From Candidatus Magasanikiibacteriota bacterium (GTDB lineage Bacteria > Patescibacteriota > Patescibacteriia > Magasanikbacterales > GWA2-37-8), in contig JACOYB010000008.1 of assembly GCA_016182085.1 (NCBI GenBank), positions 10,507 to 74,506 on the forward strand: a DNA stretch of 64,000 nucleotides. The letters run 5' to 3'. Position 1 is the first letter of the stretch. Each line of letters opens with the position of its first letter. Positions 58,241 to 64,000 of this stretch are shown one piece after another. Position numbers and translations under genes: made by a program. The notes beneath the pieces are model-generated. The model did not search any database, was not told the origin of the DNA, and saw only the letters and a list, made by a program, of their open reading frames with translations.

Positions 58241-60921
58241 TATTCTATATTCACCTGTAAAGTCTTCTCAACCGTATTACCAAAATTATCCAATAGTACT
58301 GCCTTGAGCGAATGTTCTCCAGCGCCCGGACTATTTTTCCAGGTAAATGTGAGCATGTTGTTAAACAATTTATCTTCTTGATGGTTAAAGTTATAAATCA
58401 ACCTCTGGCTGCCGCCGTTTGAAGACAGATAAATATCAATTTTTTTCATATCATCCCATCTAAACGGTACGATATTAAACACGCGTGGATAATCATCTGG
58501 CCGTAAGGTAAGCGGGCCAGAATCAAACCACTCAAAGTTTGGCGGATCAAAATCCGCCTGCATCGCAAAAGTAATGCTCTTTTGTGAACTGTGTCCCGCG
58601 TCATCAACAGCTACGGCGCTTAGGGTGTGCGGACCTTTTGAAAGTTTTTGCGCGTAGTAATTTAAAGTAAATGGGAATTCCGTAGCTGTGCCAATCGGTT
58701 GGTTATCTATTTGATAGATTATTTTGCTAACCCCGCCCGGAGCCGTGGCGCGCGTTTCAATATTCATTTCTCTGGAAGTAAGCACCACGCCTTCAACCGG
58801 AGAAATAAATTCTATCTTTGGAGCCAGTTCAGCCGCAAGTTCGCTGTCATATTCGGTTGGCGGTTCTAGGAAAGTTACATTTTCGCTGGATTGTAGCTTT
58901 ACCACCCAAACTTGTAATGCTTGCTCCCAATTTAAATATTGCGGATCATCGGCCGGAAATGGCGGCGCAGGTCCGCGCGGATCTTCTCTATCTACATAAT
59001 GAAGAATATCGTGTGGAGGCAGATAAGTGCGTTCTGTAATTAAATTTTCTGGAGTGGAGCTGGAAGCAATTTTACCGGTTTCAGAATTAATTTTTAAGGT
59101 AATACCGTTGTTGCCGCCGCGCAGTACGGGTTTCTGCGCGTCATTTGGTGGTGGGGCCGGGAAATATTCTACAGGAGTTCCTTTTACCGCTTCCTTCATG
59201 AACTTATTCCAAATCGTACCGGCCAAGGCATTGCCGCCGGCTTTCATTGAAGTTGGTACGGTATTGCCTACCCAAACACCCGCAACTATTGATGGGGTAT
59301 TTTGTCCTTCATTTTCCTCCGGTTTCCATTCATACAATACTTCTCCAGTCGGGTCTGTAACTTTCAAAATACTAACCGGTTTATTATATACGCCGTTATT
59401 TGCCAGTGTGGCATAACCATTGGTATGTTCCAGCAAATTTACCTCACCACCGCCAAGCACAAGACTTAAGCCATAGTCACCGGTAAAGGTGGTGTAGCCA
59501 AACCGTTTGGCAAAATCTATCGTGTTTTTTGTGCCAACCAAATACATAGTCTTTACTGCTGGAATATTTAATGATCCTTGCAAGGCTCGGCGGATTGTAA
59601 CTAGCCCATGTTCTTTGCCGTCAAAATTTTTGGGCGTATAGTTTGCGCCCGCACGCGCATCAAAATTAGTGGTGACATCATATAGCACAGTATCTGGTGT
59701 ATAACCTTTTTCAAAAGCCAACGTATAGACAAATGGTTTAAACGAAGAACCAGGCTGGCGTTTCCCCAAAGTGGCCACGTCAAACTGGCCATTAATTTCA
59801 TCATTGTTATAATCGCGTGAACCGACCAGGGTTAGGATTTGGCCGGTTTTTGGATCAATGGCCACTAGCGCGGCGTTATTGGCATTGGCGGTTTTGGCAT
59901 TTTTATCTCCCAGTTCTTTTACAATTGCTTCCGCGGCTTTTTGTTTATCATAATCTAATGAGGTGATAATTTTTAATCCGCCCCCATCTACAGTTTTTTC
60001 ACCAAATTCTTCGGCCAAAAGTTGTTTTACATATAATACGAAATGCGGCGCTTCCATTGGTCCGCCAGATTTGAAAATTCGCAGCGCCACTCCTTGCGCT
60101 TCTTTTTTTTGTTCCTCGGTTATCATTCCTTGGTCATACATGAGCGCGAGTACCACATCTCGTCTATCTCGCAGCGCGTCTAAATTTTTTAAGAAACGAC
60201 TAGGAGACGGCAAAATGGCCGCCAGCGTAGCTGCTTCGGCCAGGGTTAAGTCTTTAGCGCTTTTTTGAAAATATGATTGACTGGCAGACTCAATACCATA
60301 ATTGGTAGAGCCGTATGGAATCTCATTTAAATACAGTTTTAAAATTTCATCCTTGGTATATTTTTTTTCCAGACGCACCGCCAGAATTGCTTCCTTTATT
60401 TTTCTAAAATAACCCCAGATGCCGCGGCGTTCATCTCCGACAATAGTATTTTTAATTACTTGTTGAGTAATAGTGGAAGCGCCGCCTGAACCGCTTTTAC
60501 GGCCGATTAGGTTGTTGAATCCAGCTCTAATGATACTGACCACACGTACGCCGCTATGTTCATAGAAGTGTTTATCTTCAATGGCCACGGTAGCTTGTTT
60601 GGCATAATCCGAAATCTGATCCAGGTTAACCAGGGTACGTTTTTGGTTGTGGTAGACCTCATACAGCAGATGTTCGCCCGTACGATCGTAGATTTTGGTG
60701 CTTTGCGATACGCGACGATCGTTTAATTTGTTTGGGTCTGGGAGGTCGCGACTAATGATTGCTATGGTAATCGTGCCAATAATAAAAGAAGCGCAAAAAA
60801 TAGCGGCCGCGGCCAGACCAGCAGTTTTAAGGAGTTTTTTTCTTTTTTCCGGAGATGACCAGGGTTCACTGCCGGGAATATGGCCATATTGCCGTCTTTG
60901 GTTAAGTTGAGGGATGGGCAT
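58240..60921 (-). CDS. Class A penicillin-binding protein with C-terminal Ig-like domains; transpeptidase lacks KTG
   Basis: EDKHFYEH, GASTITQQ, RKIKE; SSFK; SLN; start placed at MPIPQL. Confidence 0.9.
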   Translation of the reverse strand: MPIPQLNQRRQYGHIPGSEPWSSPEKRKKLLKTAGLAAAAIFCASFIIGTITIAIISRDLPDPNKLNDRRVSQSTKIYDRTGEHLLYEVYHNQKRTLVNLDQISDYAKQATVAIEDKHFYEHSGVRVVSIIRAGFNNLIGRKSGSGGASTITQQVIKNTIVGDERRGIWGYFRKIKEAILAVRLEKKYTKDEILKLYLNEIPYGSTNYGIESASQSYFQKSAKDLTLAEAATLAAILPSPSRFLKNLDALRDRRDVVLALMYDQGMITEEQKKEAQGVALRIFKSGGPMEAPHFVLYVKQLLAEEFGEKTVDGGGLKIITSLDYDKQKAAEAIVKELGDKNAKTANANNAALVAIDPKTGQILTLVGSRDYNNDEINGQFDVATLGKRQPGSSFKPFVYTLAFEKGYTPDTVLYDVTTNFDARAGANYTPKNFDGKEHGLVTIRRALQGSLNIPAVKTMYLVGTKNTIDFAKRFGYTTFTGDYGLSLVLGGGEVNLLEHTNGYATLANNGVYNKPVSILKVTDPTGEVLYEWKPEENEGQNTPSIVAGVWVGNTVPTSMKAGGNALAGTIWNKFMKEAVKGTPVEYFPAPPPNDAQKPVLRGGNNGITLKINSETGKIASSSTPENLITERTYLPPHDILHYVDREDPRGPAPPFPADDPQYLNWEQALQVWVVKLQSSENVTFLEPPTEYDSELAAELAPKIEFISPVEGVVLTSREMNIETRATAPGGVSKIIYQIDNQPIGTATEFPFTLNYYAQKLSKGPHTLSAVAVDDAGHSSQKSITFAMQADFDPPNFEWFDSGPLTLRPDDYPRVFNIVPFRWDDMKKIDIYLSSNGGSQRLIYNFNHQEDKLFNNMLTFTWKNSPGAGEHSLKAVLLDNFGNTVEKTLQVNIE

Positions 60922-61137
60922 ATTTGTTGACTCAGAAACGATATTATTAGCACAGCCAGTTGGTTTTGTAAATGTAGGCAAGTTCACGCAGAGCTTTTGA
61001 TATTTTATATCATTTTTTTGTTTTTTACCACCCGGCAAAATGACAGGCGGAAGGGTTGACAAAAATGGCAATTTGTGATATATTATGCCGTTAACAAAGC
61101 AGGGGTACCTTAAGGGTATCTTTTAATTTTAACAAAT

Positions 61138-61701
61138 ATGCGCTTAGTTAAGAGAAATTTGACCGTTAAAGGCTTAGAAATAGCCCTGCATACAGTGGTA
61201 GGAATCGCTTTAATTAGCCAAATTACCTTGCCAATGACTGCGAAAGCCCTAATGGGCCAAGAAATGGCTAATTCTACACAAAAAATAGCTTTAGAGGTGG
61301 CAAAACCAGCCACTAAACCGCAAGATAGCATAAAATTGGCTATCGCGGATAAAGAAGAACGGGAAGAAAAGCCGGATAGAGTAATGAATGCGGTAATTAC
61401 TGCTTATACCAGTACCCCAGATCAAACCGATGACAGCCCATTTATTGCGGCTTCCGGTAAAAGGGTGCATGACGGTATGATTGCGGCCAATGGCTTGCCA
61501 TTTGGTACCAGAATCAAGATCCCGGCTTTATATGGAGATAAGATCTTCTATGTAGAAGACCGCATGAATTCCAGATACGGCCTGGGTCGTATGGATATCT
61601 GGTTGGATACTACCAGAGCCGAAGCCAGAAAGTTTGGTGTTAAGCGAGTAGAGGTAGAAATCTTTTACCCGGAAAAGAAAGCTCTTACTAGAGCTAGATA
61701 A
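61138..61701 (+). CDS. 3D-domain (lytic transglycosylase-like) exported protein
   Basis: TAYTS..TDDSP, EDRM, MDIW; TTGACA-17-TATTAT promoter. Confidence 0.85.
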   Translation: MRLVKRNLTVKGLEIALHTVVGIALISQITLPMTAKALMGQEMANSTQKIALEVAKPATKPQDSIKLAIADKEEREEKPDRVMNAVITAYTSTPDQTDDSPFIAASGKRVHDGMIAANGLPFGTRIKIPALYGDKIFYVEDRMNSRYGLGRMDIWLDTTRAEARKFGVKRVEVEIFYPEKKALTRAR

Positions 61702-61707
61702 GCACTC

Positions 61708-61750
61708 AAAAAAACAAAAAGGCCCTTTAATTGGGGCCTTTTTGTTTTTG
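61708..61750. terminator. Intrinsic terminator
   Basis: AAAAACAAAAAGGCCC-TTTAATTG-GGGCCTTTTTGTTTTT. Confidence 0.75.
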
Positions 61751-61751
61751 G

Positions 61752-61821
61752 TTGTCATGCTGAACAGGTTTTCAGCATCTCGTCAATATAATTAGATCCT
61801 GAAACAAGTTCAGGATGACAA
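61752..61821. repeat. REP-like doublet
   Basis: TTGTCATGCTGAA..TTCAGCATCT..AGATCCTGAAACAAGTTCAGGATGACAA. Confidence 0.85.
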
Positions 61822-61822
61822 A

Positions 61823-62548
61823 CTATTTCTCTACGATCTCTACCGATAAAATTTTTACCGGGTTAACTGGTTTTGACATAGCCCCATCCGCGCCAAGCGT
61901 AGTTTCGGCTTCAGCAATTTTATCAACCGCATCTAGTCCGGCAGTGACTCGGCCGAAGATCACATAGTTTGGCGGCAAAGGATATTCTTGGTGCATGATG
62001 AAAAATTGACTGCCATTGGTGTTGGCTCCGGAATTGGCCATGGCAATTGTGCCGCGCAAGTATTCTCCGGTAAATGGTTCATCGTCAAACTTGTATCCTG
62101 GGCCGCCGCTGCCAGTGCCGGTCGGGTCGCCGCCTTGGATCATAAACCCTTTTATCACACGATGAAAAATCACATTTTCATAAAAACCCTTTTTAGATAA
62201 GAAAACAAAATTGTTTACCGTAATTGGCGTGGCGGCCGCGTTTAGAGAAATTTCTATGTCTCCAGCCGTAGTTTTCATTTTGGCTGTGTAGGTTTTATTT
62301 TTGTCTACTATCATAATTGGTGTTTTGTATTGCGATAAGTCTAAGGGCTTATCTGAATTAGGTTTGTTATTTTCCTGCTCTTCAACAATCATTTCTGTGG
62401 TGGTTGTTCCAGGCACCGGCATTGTATTGGTTATCTCTGGTTGGGAGTTCTCTACTTCAGTTATAGGTGTTGATGTTGTTTTGACGCAACCAGCGCCAGC
62501 TAGTACAACTATTGATAAAAGTACGGCGAGAAAAGAAACTTTTTGCAT
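61823..62548 (-). CDS. Cyclophilin-type peptidyl-prolyl isomerase, lipoprotein
   Basis: LAGAGC lipobox; FHRVIKGFMIQGGDP; MANSG.NTNGSQFFI. Confidence 0.95.
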   Translation of the reverse strand: MQKVSFLAVLLSIVVLAGAGCVKTTSTPITEVENSQPEITNTMPVPGTTTTEMIVEEQENNKPNSDKPLDLSQYKTPIMIVDKNKTYTAKMKTTAGDIEISLNAAATPITVNNFVFLSKKGFYENVIFHRVIKGFMIQGGDPTGTGSGGPGYKFDDEPFTGEYLRGTIAMANSGANTNGSQFFIMHQEYPLPPNYVIFGRVTAGLDAVDKIAEAETTLGADGAMSKPVNPVKILSVEIVEK

Positions 62549-62612
62549 AGCAAAAAAATTAATTTTAAGTGTTAGAATTGTAACAGAACTATAAATTATA
62601 GACAAGTTTTTA

Positions 62613-63149
62613 TTAAATTCCTTTTATTTTTTTCCATGCATTTACAAACTCTCCTGATTCTGCAAGTTCTTGCAACTTTTCCCACTGTATAATGAATTCG
62701 CGGGAATTTTGAGGATTTGTCTCTAAAGCCAAATGCTCATATAATTTTTTTAGGCCCGGGCTACCTCCGCGAAAAATTATATTTATAGGCCTAGGGATTT
62801 TACCAGTTTTTAACATGGTTAATAAATCTTGGCGTTCATAAATTTTTCCCGATTCCTGAGTCATTATTTTATTGTAAGCTTTAATTGTTTCTCCCCAACT
62901 TTCCATTCTTTTTAACTTTTCATCCAGCTCTACATTTTTATTTTCAGTGACAAACATGTGCATGATAGCATTATCGGTTGAATTATCTACGCCCCAAAAA
63001 TCCAACATGATTTTATTCATTTCTAGGTATAAATCGTCTTTAGTTAAGTTTGCTGTTAATTTTTTTTGACCCCCCTCTATATCTAAATTAACAACAAAAT
63101 GTTCTTGTATTTTTTCTTTTTCAGGATAAAATGGCATTTCTTTTTTCAT
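62613..63149 (-). CDS. Hypothetical protein
   Basis: 178-aa ORF packed between co-oriented genes. Confidence 0.7.
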   Translation of the reverse strand: MKKEMPFYPEKEKIQEHFVVNLDIEGGQKKLTANLTKDDLYLEMNKIMLDFWGVDNSTDNAIMHMFVTENKNVELDEKLKRMESWGETIKAYNKIMTQESGKIYERQDLLTMLKTGKIPRPINIIFRGGSPGLKKLYEHLALETNPQNSREFIIQWEKLQELAESGEFVNAWKKIKGI

Positions 63150-63151
63150 AT

Positions 63152-64000
63152 TTATTCTATTTTAGCACGGAACTGTAATGCTTCGGCGACGTGACTTAAT
63201 TCAATATTATCACTCTTGCCTAAATCGGCAATAGTGCGAGAAAGTTTTAAGATGCGGTTATAGGCTCGGGCGGACAAATGCATCTGGGTTACAGCCGCGC
63301 GCAACAGGTCTGCAGATTCGTCATTTAGTTTACAAAACTCTCTTATCTCGGCATTGCGCATTTCGCTATTGGCGTGAATGTTACAATTTTTAAATCTTTT
63401 TGTTTGAATATTTCTAGCATCTTCCACTCGTTCGCGAATACTTTTTGATGACTCGGCCAACGTTTCGGAAGATAATTTTTCAAACTGCACCCTCGGCACT
63501 TCTACATGCAAATCAATACGGTCTAGCAGCGGCCCGCTGATTCTTTTTTGATACCGAATAATTTGGCTTGGCCCGCAGACACATTGTCTGTCGGGGTCGC
63601 TGCTAAGTCCGCAGGGACAAGGGTTTTGGCTGGCGACCAAAATAAATCTTGCCGGAAATTTTAAGACGCTTTGAATTCTAGAAATTGTAATCACTCCATC
63701 TTCCAAAGGTTGGCGAAGGCTTTCTAAAACCGAACGGGGAAATTCCGGAAATTCATCAAGGAATAATACGCCACGATGAGCCAAGGAAATTTCTCCGGGT
63801 CGCGGATATTTGCCACCGCCAACCAGCGATACTCCCGAAGCTGTATGATGCGGCGAACGGAACGGGCGTTCTTTGATAAAGCCGTTTTGGAGCAGTCCGG
63901 CTACTGAATATATTTTAGTAACTTCCAAAGCTTCTTCAGCCGTAAGTTTTGGCAGGATTGACGAGAAGCTTCGGGCCAGCAAGGTTTTGCCCGATCCAGG
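63152..64000 (-). CDS. comM: YifB/ComM family Mg-chelatase-like AAA+ ATPase, 3' part
   Basis: PGSGKT at the window edge, RPFRSPHH, GEISLAHRGVLFLDE, NPCPCG, SGPLLDRID. Confidence 0.93.
   Translation of the reverse strand, partial: PGSGKTLLARSFSSILPKLTAEEALEVTKIYSVAGLLQNGFIKERPFRSPHHTASGVSLVGGGKYPRPGEISLAHRGVLFLDEFPEFPRSVLESLRQPLEDGVITISRIQSVLKFPARFILVASQNPCPCGLSSDPDRQCVCGPSQIIRYQKRISGPLLDRIDLHVEVPRVQFEKLSSETLAESSKSIRERVEDARNIQTKRFKNCNIHANSEMRNAEIREFCKLNDESADLLRAAVTQMHLSARAYNRILKLSRTIADLGKSDNIELSHVAEALQFRAKIE

Noticed and set aside
1-64000. Alternative genetic code (UGA read as Gly)
   Set aside because: Conserved genes are intact in the standard code and TGA ends polA and the BlaI-family gene at expected positions.

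Overview
AT-rich bacterial chromosome segment, standard genetic code, containing the replication origin (yidD-rnpA-rpmH / dnaA-oriC-dnaN). Gene content and style (type IV pilus locus pilB-pilC-pilMNO with no secretin gene nearby, giant surface proteins, H+-PPase, most genes without a Shine-Dalgarno, tRNAs without encoded CCA) suggest Patescibacteria/CPR; this is inference. The window holds housekeeping genes (efp, epmA, rpsF-ssb-rpsR, ychF, rpsT, holA, polA, tig, nfo, rmuC, comM/yifB), five tRNAs and a surface cluster with a 3812-aa fibre-like adhesin. Most interesting: (1) a BlaI/BlaR-like regulon with a TACTACA-N3-TGTAGTA operator driving Cys/His-rich exported proteins, two ending in MVGGC; (2) a ~450-nt multibranched non-coding element closed by a 24-bp stem; (3) a three-way-junction element present twice with a compensatory change; (4) a shared structured leader ending at the start codons of ssb and dnaN; (5) a degenerate LAGLIDADG gene bracketed by parS-like palindromes; (6) a 69-bp palindromic repeat inserted in frame in polA; (7) a class A PBP lacking its KTG motif. 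All structures and family calls were made by eye; no searches or folding programs were run.
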